From contig NC_090371.1 in the NCBI RefSeq assembly GCF_036365525.1, positions 164,225,307 through 164,289,306 of the forward strand: DNA of 64,000 bases. Reading direction: 5' to 3'. The translations under genes and the position numbers were made by a program. Below are positions 12,534-24,638 of the stretch, piece after piece. Below the pieces are notes generated by a model. It was given only the letters and a program-made list of their open reading frames with translations, had not been told where the DNA came from and made no database searches. Numbering within the stretch: position 1 is the stretch's first letter; each line of letters begins with the position of its first letter. Origin of the DNA: Heterodontus francisci. Taxonomy: Eukaryota.

Positions 12534-12965
12534 GAGACTTACATGCATATGGCGTCTTTCATGACCTCACCCTCTCAAAGAGCTTAACAGTCAGTAAACT
12601 ACTTCTGAAATGTCATCACTGTTGTAGGGGATGCTGCAGCTAGTTTGCCCACAACAAGCTCCCTCAATCAGTAATGTGATAATTAGAATCTGTTTGTGAT
12701 GTTGGTTGAGGGATAAATATTGGCCAGAACAGGGATAACCTTGCCCCCGCTCTTCGGAATTGTCATGGGATTTTTTATGCCACTTTAGAAAGTAGACGGG
12801 GCCTCGATTTAATGTCCCGTCTGAAAGATGGCACCTCTGACAGCACAGTACTCACTCATTACTGCCCTGGAGCGTCAGCTGAAATGTTTGTGCTCAAATT
12901 TGCTGGGATGGGGCTTGCACCCACAATTTCTAACTCGGAGGTGAGAGTGTTACCAACTGAACCAG
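12534..12965 (-). mobile_element. tRNA-derived Deu-domain SINE (SacSINE1/AmnSINE-like)
   Basis: Minus-strand tRNA-like head TGGTTCAGTTGGTAACACTCT...GGGTGCAAGCCC, Deu-like core and CATGAAAG tail; reverse-complementary to 13085-13478. Family name from memory. Confidence 0.7.
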
Positions 12966-13084
12966 AGCAGACAGCCAGTTGTCTAGTACTGTAGTGCTAA
13001 TTTTTTTTGATGTGTTGGCAGTGCAGTATCTGTTGTAGGAAAAGTAATATTGCCTTTACACAGTTGTGAAGTGAAGTTTATCTT

Positions 13085-13478
13085 GCGTGCTGTGATTGTG
13101 GTGGGACTAAGTAAGTCCTCCTGTACAGACTTGAGCTCAAAATCATAGTGTAGTCCTCCCTCTGTACTGTCAGGTGTAGGCTTTCAGATGAGATGTTAAA
13201 CTGAGGCCCTGTCTCCCCTCTCAGATGGGTGTAAGAGTCCCATGGCTCTATTTTGAAGAAGAGCAAGGTTGTTCTCCCTAGTCTTCTGGCCAATATTTGT
13301 TTTTTAAAAAAAAAATTATCTGGTCATTATCTCATTGTTTGTGGAAATTGCTGTGCACTAATTGACTGCTGTTTCTTGCATTACAACAGTCATTACATTT
13401 CAAAAGTACCTCTGACTATAAAACACTTTGGGGCATCCTGAGGTCATGAAAGGTGCTATAGAAATGCAAGTTCCTTTT
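13085..13478 (+). mobile_element. Deu-domain SINE (SacSINE1-like)
   Basis: CAGATGAGATGTTAAACTGAGGCCCTGTC...CCCATGGC...GAAGAAGAGCA...CCTGAGGTCATGAAAGGTGCTATAGAAATGCAAG. Confidence 0.7.
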
Positions 13479-15182
13479 TTAAAAAAACTCTTTTCCCTCT
13501 CTCCCTCACTTTTTTTTCTTTTTCCCTTTTTTCTTTTTCCTTTCCCTTTTTTTTTAGGTTTTCTGAACTGAAAACAAAAATGTACAAAATATCCATTTAA
13601 ACCTCAACAGTGCCCCTGTGATGAATGGAAAATTTGGTGCTCCTTTACCCATAAATTATGTTTCTTTTTCTTACTCATGGGGGTGACTGTAACTCACTTT
13701 TGGAAATATATTTCATGGGGAGACACTGAGCATCCTCTGCTTAATTGGCAGTGATCTGAGTCTGCATTGAGGTTACTACTCTGTCTGGAAATTGAGGTAA
13801 ATCTAATTGTAAAATTAGTGAAGGAGTAACTTGGATTTTGCAATCTGGAGCCTTGCCTATTGGAAGCACACATCGGAATTTCAGGCACATGTCTATATGA
13901 TTTTCCAATATCTGTCAGTGAGGCTTCTCCTTCCCCTCTCCTCCTACACTATGGTAAACACAGTTGGCTAGTAGTTCTCTAGGTTTTGCTGAGTAATTTT
14001 AATAGGACTGTCTTGCATTTTTTAAATTTCTGGTCATTGTAAAGCCTTTTAGCCCAATCAAGCAGCAAATGTTCTTTTGAATACTGTGCATCCATGTTCC
14101 CAGTGTAAGATCTGGAAAGGAGGAAATTTTTATTTTCCTTTTGAATTATTGAGTTTCAAGTAAGTATTTATGGTCAAACTGAGCTAACATTCATATAAAA
14201 TATAGAATTGAGAAACCTAAAGATGAGAAAAGCACTCTGGATTCAAGAAAAAGTACTTGTGATTTCTATAGTTACTCTATCTTCAAAATAAGAACTGGAG
14301 ATGTATTCAAACTCATTGATTTTTAAGGGAGTATTTTTAAGTCTTGCTCTTTACTTTTGTATTTATTTTGTATGTAGTACATCTCATTCCTTTCTAAGGA
14401 GGTGTTTGCAAATTCTTCAGGGTGGTTTGAGTCAAGAAATTGGAAAGCCCTGGTGGAATTTCCACATACTATTAAAAATGAGAATGAAGCAGAAGCTGAG
14501 TGGAAGAAACTATCCATTTATAACTCGACAAATTTCCCTATCTCTCTCTAGCGTAGCGTAATGATTTTGTTAATTGCCTGTTGTTCCAGCAGAGGAGGAT
14601 AATGTGGAAGTGACACTCTTGAACATATGTATTAACTTTTCTCCTTTTAAGCCCATTGACTTTTTCAGGCCCAGTTAGCATACATTCTAAAATACTGAAG
14701 GAGACCCGTAAAGGCATTAGCCATAACTTTCTGAAAATCTTTGGAAAAGGGAATTGTGCCAAATGATGGAAGGTGATAAATGTTATATCCCTTGTTCAAG
14801 AAAGTGGAGGTTTTTTCTGGGGCGGAGGGAAGAGAGAAAGAGAAGATAAGGTATAAAATTATAGTGCAATTAGTCACTTCAGCTTTCAAACTTTGAAAGG
14901 TTTGCACTTCTTGTAGTGAGCTTTGGGATGACCTGAAGCTGTGAAAAGTGCTACATAAATGGGAGTTCTTTCTCTTTTTTTCAAAAGAAAGAAGTCAGTC
15001 GTTAGCCGGGATTTCGAAAGAGCAGCTTTATGCTTGACTAATTTCATTTGCATTTTTGAGTAGATTCAGATGTGTAGATAAAGATAATGTGATGGATATT
15101 GTATTTTTGGATTTTCAGAAGATGTTTAATAAAATGCAACTCACTGAAACTTAAAGCCCCTGGTATTAAAGGAAATGTGACT

Positions 15183-15461
15183 TAAAGCATGGCTGCCCGA
15201 CCCGAACCCGACTACATGTGTTGGGTTCGGGTCGGGTCGAAATTCCGAGGCCAGCATTCGGGGTTGGGCCGGACGCTATTGCTTCCGGGAATTCACTGAA
15301 TCAGGCTTCCCCATGATTCCCCACAACTCCTGCTGCCGGAACAGACGGAGATTCATATTGTGTTGGACGCAAAAAAAAAAATTTAAAGGGCTCGTGCTCG
15401 GCTGGGTTCAGGTTGGCTGTGGTCGGGTCGGGTTTTAATTTTATACCTGAGCCAGGCTTTA
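15183..15461. mobile_element. hAT-superfamily MITE (279 bp)
   Basis: TIR TAAAGCATGGCT / AGCCAGGCTTTA; perfect 8-bp TSD ATGTGACT (15175-15182, 15462-15469); subterminal CCCGA/TCGGG repeats; sits in an old CR1 RT fragment. Confidence 0.85.
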
Positions 15462-16189
15462 ATGTGACTGCACTCTGCCCTCCAGCTATTGCTGGACCGA
15501 TCCAAAGAGTGGTTGTAAATTAATATTCAGATTAGTGGGGCATAACCTTTTCCATTTTATTTGAATCTTTTGGATATAGGCAGAAGAAGAATGCTGCTGA
15601 ATGCTAAAGGTTGTTCAGACCAAACTGGAAAAAGACTAATGGACTGCATGGGTTGGCAGAGTGGGCAGATAGGTGGTAGGTGCAGTTTAATATAGATAAA
15701 TATAGTACATTTTGAAAAAATAAGTGAAAGGAAGTATATCCTCATTGAAAAGAATCTTAACATAGTGGAAGAATGGAGCGATCCAGTGGTTCAGATGCAT
15801 ACCTCTCTTTTTAAGGTGAGACAACAGGTTATTTAAAAAAAAACTTTACGTTAAAGACCCTATATAAATAATGAAACATCCTAAGGCTTGTCACAGGAGC
15901 ATTGTAAAACAAAATTAGATACACATAAGGCGATATTACGGCAGATGATCAAAAGCTTGGTCAAGAGTTGGTTTAAAGGAGCATCTTAAACAAAAAGAGG
16001 CAGAGAAACTTATGGAAGGAATTTCAGACCTTGGGGCCTAGACAGCTACAAGCAGCAAATTAACCAGAATATCGAATTAAAAGTGATGTTTGAGAAGAGA
16101 TGTGTGAAAGATAGGTCTTTTTTTCCTCACTGGATCGGGGAACATTATGGGCTGGGGGAACCTTTTTTTAAGAGTTAAAAAATGTTTTA

Positions 16190-17030
16190 AAAAAAATTAT
16201 TTGTTCTTGGGATGTGAGTGTCACTGGCAAGGCCAACAGTTATTGCCCATCCCCAATTGCCCTTGAGCAGGTAGTGGTGAGCCACCTTCGAGTCATAGTC
16301 ATAGAGAGATACAGCACTGAAACAGGCCCTTCGGCCTACCGAGTCTATGCCAACCAACAACCACCCATTTATACTAATATTCCCTACTACATCCCCACCT
16401 TCCCTTAATTCTCCTGCCGACAATAGGGGCAATTTACCATGGCCAATTTACCTGCAGGTTTTTGGCTGTGGGAGGAAACCGGAGCACCCGTAGAAAACCC
16501 ACGCGGTCACGGAGAACTTGTAAACTCCGCACAAGCAGTACCTAGAACTGAACCCAGGTTGCTGGAGCTGTGAGGCTGCGGTGCTACCCACTGCGCTGCC
16601 CATCTTGAACTGCTGCAGTCTATCTGGTGTAGGTACACGCACAGTGCAGTTATGAAGGAATTTCCAGGATTTTGTTCCAGCGACAGTGAAGGAACGGCAA
16701 TATAATTCCAAGTCAGGATGTTGTGTGGCTTGGAGGGGAGCATGCAGGCGGTGGTTCTGCCCTTGTCCTTCTGGGTGGTAGAGGTTGTGGTTTGGAAGAT
16801 GCTTGGTGAGTTGCTGCAGTGCATCTTGTAGATGGTGTACACAGCTGCCACTGTGTCGATGGTGGAGGGAGTGAATGTTGAAGTTGTTGGATGGAGGTGC
16901 CAATCAAGTAGGCTGCTTTGTCCTGGATGGTGTCGAGCTGGTTCAAAATCCTGGAACTCCCTTCTTAACGGCATTGTTGGTGTACCTATACCCCAAGGAC
17001 TGCAGCAGCTTAAGGCAGCTCACCATCACC
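16190..17030 (-). mobile_element. 3' portion of tRNA-headed LINE family, split by an HE1 SINE, with an oppositely oriented 3' UTR piece at ~16938-17030
   Basis: Homology to 45720-46160 on both sides of the SINE. Confidence 0.75.
16290..16601 (-). mobile_element. HE1-type V-SINE
   Basis: Reverse complement of 19331-19689; CTATGA-repeat tail. Confidence 0.85.
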
Positions 17031-17369
17031 CCCTCTACTATAAACCATCCATGGGCAACAGAGAGACAGTTGCCCCTGCTCAATACAACTTTGAAATTGA
17101 CTGTTAGGAGCTCTGTGTGTCTGGGATTGTTCCCCTGATCCATCTTTTTTGTCTTGCTTCCTTATGGACAGTTAACTTGCCTGCATTCCAATATTTACTA
17201 ACGAGAATGTAGAGGAGATTATGTCTACAAGCCAGGGTAGAGGCTGGTTACTGTGCAGTGCGAAGCTCACTTCCTCATCCCTGAAAGCCTTTTCACCAAC
17301 ACTCAAGCCAGGACTCTGGGATACTCAACATTTGCCTAGATGAATGCAACTGCAGCAACACTTGACGAG

Positions 17370-18575
17370 CTCATGGTGTTGGGGGGGTAATAAATTAGCT
17401 TGGATAGAAGATTGGCTAATGAACAGGAAACAGCCAGGATAAATGGGGCATTTTCAGGTTGTCAAACTGTAACTAGTGGAGTGCCACTGGGATCAGTGCT
17501 GGGGCCTCAACTATTTATGATCTATATTATTGACTTGGATGAAGGGACCATTGTAGCCAAATTTGCAGGTGATGCAAAGAAAGATAGTAAAGCAATAATA
17601 TAACAAAAGCAAAATACTACAGATGCTGGAAATCTGAAATAAAAACAAGGTGCTGGAAAATAGTTAGCAGGTCTGGCAGCATCTATGAAGAGAGAAGCAA
17701 AGTTAATGTTTCATGTCGGTGACCTATCATCAGAACATTTTAGGTAGGAAAGCAAGTTGAGGAGGACCCAATGTTGCTGCAAAGAGATATACATGGGTTA
17801 AGTGAGTGGGCAAAAATTCAGCAGATGGAATGTAATGTGGGAAAATGTTAGGTGGTCCATTTTGGTAGGAAGAATAGAATAGAAAAGCAGAATGTTATTT
17901 ACACGGAGAGAGACTGCAGAATGCTGCGGTACAGAAGGATCTGCGTGTCCCTATGGATGAATCACAAAAGAGTTAGCATGCAGGTACAGCAAGTAATTAG
18001 GAAGGCAAATGGAATGTTGGCATCTATTGCAAGGGGGATGAAGTATAAAAGGGAAGTCTTACTGCAAATGTGCAGGGCATTGGTGAGACCGTACCTGGAC
18101 TACTGCATACGGTTTTGGTCTCCTTACTTAAGGAGGGATATACTTTGCATTGGAAGCAGTTCAGCAAATGTTCACTAGGTTGATTCCTGTGATGTAGGGC
18201 TTGCCTTATGAGGAAGCAGGTTGATTAGTTTGGGCCTGTATTCAATGGAGTTCAAAAGAATGAGTGGTGATCTTATTGAAACATATGAGATTGTGAGGGG
18301 GCTTGATGGGGTAGATGCTGAGAGGATGTTTCCCCTCACGGGGGAAATCTAGAATGAGGGGATATAGTTTCAAAATAAGGGGTCTCCCTTTTCAGACTAA
18401 GATGAGGAGGAATTTCATAGAATGGTCTCTTCATCCAAGTCAATAATATAGATTGTAAATAGTTGAGGCCCCAGCACTGATCCCGGTGGCACTCCACTAG
18501 TTACAGTTTGACCACCTGAAAATGCCCCATTTCTCCAGAGAGCAATGGAGGCTGGGTCATTGAATATATTCAAGT
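17370..18575 (+). mobile_element. CR1 LINE 3' part containing a PLE-terminus insertion (~17598-17737) and an inverted internal duplication (18421-18532)
   Basis: VTSGVPLGSVLGPQLF, ALVRPYLDYC; 3' UTR motifs. Confidence 0.85.
17701..17736 (-). ncRNA. Minimal hammerhead ribozyme motif in solo PLE terminus
   Basis: Minus strand GTT-CTGATGA-TAGGTC-ACC-GACAT-GAAACATT-AACT. Confidence 0.55.
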
Positions 18576-21385
18576 CTGTGTCAAAATGGCAGGGGGATGG
18601 GAACCTTTGCAAGGAGTCAGAGGAGGGGGGATCAAAGATATGAACAAAAGACAGTAAGGGGAATAAGAAAAGTGATAAGCAGAGAAATCAAGGGCCAGAA
18701 TCAAACAGGACCACAGTGAAAAATAGTGGGTAGGGGACAAGTAATGTTAAAAAGACAAGCCTTCAGCTTTGTGCCTTAATGTGCGGAGCATTCACAATAA
18801 AGCGGATGAATTAATCGCGCAAGTAGATGTAAGCGGGTATGATATAATCGGGATTACGGAGACCTGGCTGCAAGATGACCAGGAATGGGAAATGAACATC
18901 CAGGGATATTCAGTATTTTAAGAAGGACAGACAAAAAGCAAAAGGTGGTGGAGTTGCATTGCTGGTTGAAGAGGAAATTAATGCAATAGTGAGGAAAGAT
19001 ATTAGCTCTGATGATGTGGAATCTGTATGGGTAGAGCTGAGAAGCACTAAGGGGCAAAAAAAAACGTTAGTGGGGGTTGTATATAGACCCCCAAACTGTA
19101 GTGGTGATGTTGGGAATGGCATTAAACAGGAAATTAGAGATGCATGCAATAAAGGAATATCTGTAATTATGGGTGACTTTTTAATCTGCATATAGATTGG
19201 GCAAATCAAGTTGGTCACAATACCGTAGAGGAGGAATTCTTGGAGTGTATACGGGATGGTTTTCTGGATCAATACGTTGAGGAACCAACTAGAGCACAGG
19301 CCATCCTAGACTGGGTATTGTGTAATGAGAGGGGGCAGCACAGTGGCGCAGTGGTTAGCACCGCAGCCTCACAGCTCCAGGGACCCGGGTTCGATTCCGG
19401 GTACTGCCTGTGTGGAGTTTGCAAGTTCTCCCTGTGTCTGCGTGGGTTTTCTCCGGGTGCTCCGGTTTCCTCCCACAAGCCAAAAGACTTGCAGGTTGAT
19501 AGGTAAATTGGCCATTATAAATTGTCAATAGTATAGGTAGGTGGTAGGGAAATATAGGGACAGGTGGGGATGTTTGGTAGGAATATGGGATTAGTGTAGG
19601 ATTAGTATAAATGGGTGGTTGATGTTCGGCACAGACTCGGTGGGCCGAAGGGCCTGTTTCAGTGCTGTATCTCTAATCAAATCAAATCTAATTGACAATC
19701 AAGTGGTGCGAGACCCCTTGGGGGCGAGCGACTGTAATATGATAGAATTCTTCATCGAGATGGAGTGTGACATAGTTGATTCTGAGACGAGGGTCCTGAA
19801 CCTTAGTAAAGGAAACTACGAAGATATGAGGCGCGAGTTGGCCATGACGGATTGGGAAATGTTACTTGAAGGGATGACGGTGAATGGGCAGTGGCAAATA
19901 TTTAAAGAGCGCATGGATGAACTGCAACAATTATTTATCCCTGTCTGGCGCAAAAGTAAAAGAGGAAAGGTAGCCAAACCATGACTTACAAGGGAAATTA
20001 GCGATAGCATTAGATCCAAGGAAGAGGCATATAAATTTGCCAGGAAAAACAACAGACCTGAAGATTGGGAGCAGTTTAGAATTCGGAAAAAGAAGACCAA
20101 GGGATTGATTAAGAAGGGAAAAATGGAGTACGAGAGCAAGCTTGCGGGGAACATAAAAACTGACTGTAAAAGTTTCTATAGGTATGTGAAGAGAAAAAGA
20201 TTGGTGAAGACAAATGTAGGTCCCTTACACTCAGAAACAGGGGAATTTATTATGGGGAACAAAGAAATGGCTGACCAACTAAATGCATACTTTGGTTCTG
20301 CCTTCACAAGGGAGGACACAAATATCATACCAGAAATGTTGGGGAACACAGGGCTTAGTGAGAGAGAGGAACTGAAAGAAATCAGTATTAGTAGAGAAAT
20401 GGTGTTGGGGAAATTGATGGGATTGAAGGCTGATAAATCCCCAGGGCCTGATGGTATGCATCCCAGAATACTTAAGGAAGTGGCCTTAGAAATAGTGGAT
20501 GCATTGGTGGTCATCTTCCAAGATTCTATCGGCTCTGGAACAGTTCCGACAGATTGGAGGGTAGCTAATGTAACCCCACTATTTAAAAAGGGAAGTAGCG
20601 AGAAAGCAGGGAATTATAGACCAGTCAGCTGACGTCGGTAGTGGGGAAAATTCTATAGTCCATTATCAAAGATTTTATAGCAGAGCACTTGGAGAACAGT
20701 GGTAGAATCAGACAGAGTCAGCATGGATTTACGAAAGGGAAATCATGCTTGACAAATCTACTAGATTTCTTGGAGGATGAACTAGTAGAGTTGATGAGGG
20801 GGAGCCAGTGGATGTGGTGTATTTGGACTTTCAGAAGGCTTTTGACAAAGTCCCACATAAGAGATTAGCATGTAAAATTAAAGCGCATGGGGTTGGGGGT
20901 AGTGTATTGCGATGGATAGAAAATTGGTTGGTGGACAGGAAGGAGTAGGGATAAATGGGTCTTTTTCCGAATGGCAGGCAGTGACTAGTGGGGTACCGCA
21001 GGGATCGATTCTAGGACCCCAGCTATTCACAATATACATTAATGATTTAGATGAGGGAACTAAATGTAATATCTCAAAATTTGCAGATGAGACAAAACTG
21101 GGTGGGAGGGTGAGTTGTGAGGAGGATGCAGAGAGGCTTCAGGGTGATTTGGACAAGTTCAGTGAGTGGGCTAATGCATGGCAGATGCCGTATAATGTGG
21201 ATAAATGTGAGTTTATCCACTTTGGTAGCAAAAACAGGAAGGCAGATTATTATCTGAACGGCTATAAACTGAGAGGGGAATGTGCAGCGAGACCTGGGTA
21301 TTCTCGTACACCAGTCGCTGAAGGTAAGCATGCAGGTGCAACAGGTGGTAAAAAAGGCAAATGGTATGTTGGCCTTCATAGTGAG
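18576..21385 (+). mobile_element. CR1 LINE ORF2 (AP endonuclease + RT), decayed, 3' end missing
   Basis: LCLNVRSI, YDIIGITETW, VGVVYRPP, IMGDF, KSPGPDGMHPRILKE, GVPQGSILGPQLFTIYINDL, FADETKLGG. Confidence 0.92.
19331..19689 (+). mobile_element. HE1-type tRNA-derived V-SINE inserted in CR1 endonuclease
   Basis: A box TGGCGCAGTGG (19344-19354), B box GGTTCGATTCC (19388-19398), V-domain GCGTGGGTTTTCTCCGGGTGCTCCGGTTTCCTCCCAC, CR1-like tail GGGCCGAAGGGCCTGTTTC. Confidence 0.92.
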
Positions 21386-23278
21386 ATGTACTACAGCAAC
21401 TCACGAATGTTACCTTGAATAGTGTTTCATAGCTCTGTGACCTCTACCACCAAGACTGACGAGCAGTAATGTTCTGGAAAGAATAGCAATTTAAAGTTCC
21501 CTTCAAAGCCTCACAGTTCTAACTTGGATAGATACCACCATTACTTCATTACTCGGTCAAAATTCTGCATATCCTCACTCAACATCAGCACAAGGTTTGG
21601 GATGGTTCGAGAAGATCCACCATCGCCACCTCGGTGAAACTAGGAATGGGCAATAAGTGGCCTTGCCGGAATTGTGAATATTTTGATGCAGACCCTTTTT
21701 GGTCCTGCTGTACACTGTCATTTATAGTGCTAAATTGTATGTATTTAATATAAATATTCAGGTACAGACATTTGAAAATTGGGTTTTGTACAGTTCATTT
21801 TCTCTGAAGTACATCAAATCAGTTTAAAATTTATTTTTAAACAATATTGCCTTGAAATTTTTTTGGCTCAAATTTCTGTTGTGAAAGTAATGCCCTTCTT
21901 TCTCTTCAGTTTTTGACAGTGTGGAAGGTAAGAGGCCAAACCAACTTTGATTCGAAATAGTAAAATAAATTTCAGTGATTTATCTAATTTTTATTTCGGA
22001 GCATCAAAATTGAGTGCAAGCATTTTTAATCGTACATAGTTGTTTGGCAATGAAGTATCTAAAATTGAGGATGTTGGATGCTTCTATGCTTAATGCTACT
22101 TTTTAGATTAACACGTTGGTGATTGATTTGCTGCTATTTGTGGAAAATATTCATTTAAACTGCTAAATATTTTGAAACTATAGAAGGGTATGTTTCTATC
22201 AAAACACTAAAATTGGTGGTTGAGGAGCACTGATTGAAAGGGGTAAGTTTGAAAGAAATGTGTGATTGTGCATCATTACATGTGCTCACAGTTTTGATTT
22301 AATATAAAGTAAACTCTTTTTTAAAGGATCTACTGTAAAATGTTTTAATAGGCATTTGGGTAGCATCCAGTAAATAGGTTTATCCCACTGAATGGATTAT
22401 TTCAGTCTTGTTAATGAAAAATAGCCAAAGTAATGTTTTTAGTTCCATCCTTGGCTTTTGACACTTAAAATAAGGTTAAGAGTTGTGCCAAGAATATTTT
22501 ACAAGGTTAATGCTAAGTCCCATTGGTGGTTTTAAATTCAGCCCAGTATGAACTGGTCAGTGTGCTGGCCTAGTTTTTTTTTTAGTGCAATGTAAATTTT
22601 GTTGATTTTGTTTATTTCTCCCATTGCTACCATTTGTCACCTTCCTGTAGTGTTTGGTGATGGAGAGGAGACAGTCCTTGAAACACTCAAAAAGACCTCT
22701 AGTGTATGTTAGATAAATACCTGCTCTCTAATATGTTAACTGTAGCTGCCAAATGTAAACTGCTGCAAAATGTGTGGCAATAAATTTTAAATATTGATTT
22801 TGATTTAGTCTGCATTTCAGAAATTATTGACATGTTTACAAATATCACTGCTCATTATTAACAATTAGAAAAATATTAAACGCAAGTGTACATTTCAGGT
22901 CCACGTTCATTTGTGATTCCATAGTTGGATACTGTGTAAACTACTTGTGTGGTTTTAAGATGAAATTCTAAGTTGAGATAAAATACACATCCAAATATTT
23001 TTAAGTTTAGTATTTATTGTAATTCAAATGACTTTAATAGTTAGACTTCATATTCTACACACAGATCTTGCATTGAGTATACAGATCAAGGATTCAAAGA
23101 AAGCATTAACTGTACTTTTATCTACAAAGGTGATGTCACTTTAACTTTTAACTACTCGTTTAGCACAGTTGCACCATAGGAAAATGAACTGAAATCATTT
23201 GCTTTTGTGTGTGGAAAATTAATTCTGCCAGCTCACGTACAACTGGTTCTGAGTGTGCTCATGTGTTTCCTTGTGCAG

Positions 23279-23367
23279 GTAATTTAAATGTTACACTGCA
23301 AGTCTGGGATATTGGTGGGCAAACTATAGGAGGAAAGATGTTGGACAAATACATCTATGGCGCTCAG
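23279..23367 (+). CDS. RAB28: Rab-28 coding exon 3
   Basis: Acceptor TGTGCAG; (G)[29 protein letters not shown] with the Rab28-type WDIGGQ G3 box; donor GTGAGA; 89 nt, phases fit exons 2 and 4. Confidence 0.97.
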
Positions 23368-23757
23368 GTGAGAACTTCTGTTTTTAATCTCCCTAAATAC
23401 TGAAATATCTACCTATATTATAAAGCATTAAAATAATCTTTTGATCTGAAGGCTCTGGGATATACATTATACCCTTGATTGGAAGAAATATTCTTGAAAT
23501 GTTTTGAATTTGATTTTATTTACAGGAACTCGGTTAGTCCAGAATGTTGCATAAATATAGTACAAGTATAGTAATGGCAAGATAATTTTTTTTTTTGTGG
23601 AGATGCTTTTAAATTGGTCAGCCTTCATAGGTATAGCTTGCAGAGAGAAAATGTTAGATTGTATAAAGAGGACCATGTGTGTTGCAGCTGCCTTCTGTAC
23701 GCCTTTAGTACTGTTTGCAAACATTACTGTAAGAGGGTGATAGTGTCTCTGTACTTA

Positions 23758-24638
23758 TGTTACGACCAGGAGAGAAAGGTGTCGAGGGGTCTTTTGCTGT
23801 TTTCACCTGGCCTTACTGTAACAGGGTTTTTAAAATTTTAAACGTTCAGTTGATTTGAACTTCCCCTTCAGTGAATCCTTGTTCACAGCTTTTCAATTAT
23901 AAGGGAAATAAATGAGCACAAACAGGCTTTCTTAGGTTTAAAGGAGACAAATAAAATTTATTAAACCTTAAACTTAAACTCTAATATCGTTAACGCCTAC
24001 GAATATATGACGCGCCCACGCTAGCATGCACATGCGATACACACACATGCAAATGGAGACAGAAAAGAGAAGAAAAATAAAATGGAGAGGTTTGAGGTAA
24101 GATCTGAAGAGTTTCTTGTTTACTGTGCTTCGAGCTGACTGTAGTCCTTTTGTAAGTAGTCTTACTTTCTGTTGGGGCCCAGTATTCTTCTTAAACCTTG
24201 TTTACTGTAGGAGACTTTTCACTCTTGGGGTTCATGTGCCTTCAGTGGTTTCTGAAGCTGATGAGAGCAGACAGGAGAGAGGTCTTCTCAGTCCAGGAGA
24301 AAAGTGCCTTCTGAACTTCAACCCTGTGGCCAGTTCAAATTCAAAGAACTATAGCAGTCATGAAGTCATGTGACGAAACTGGTCTGACCACATCTGTTTG
24401 TGTATTGTGTATGCTTCAACATCTGGTAAACAAAAGTGCATTGCAGATTAAATTGGAGCAGGGAATAGCCCCTTTGTCCTTTTTGAAATACTGTCTGTTG
24501 TGCTAATGTCTCTCTCCAACCAAAGTCTCCAATTGTTTTTTAAAGCAAATTCTTTCTTCAACAGTCAAGTCCAAAATCAATGTTCATATGGCAAAACTAA
24601 TTTTCCTCATTCTTGGCAGGTGGGGGACTTGCCTGACT
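23758..24638. mobile_element. Solo LTR, same family as 4439-5304
   Basis: Starts TGTTACGACCAGG, ends GCCTGAC; shared internal motifs such as CCCACGCTAGCATGC and AAACTGGTCTGACCAC; TSD not clear. Confidence 0.65.

Noticed and set aside
19331-19410. Functional tRNA gene
   Set aside because: A and B boxes are followed by a V-SINE core and LINE-derived tail, so this is a SINE head; the same applies to 48871-48956.
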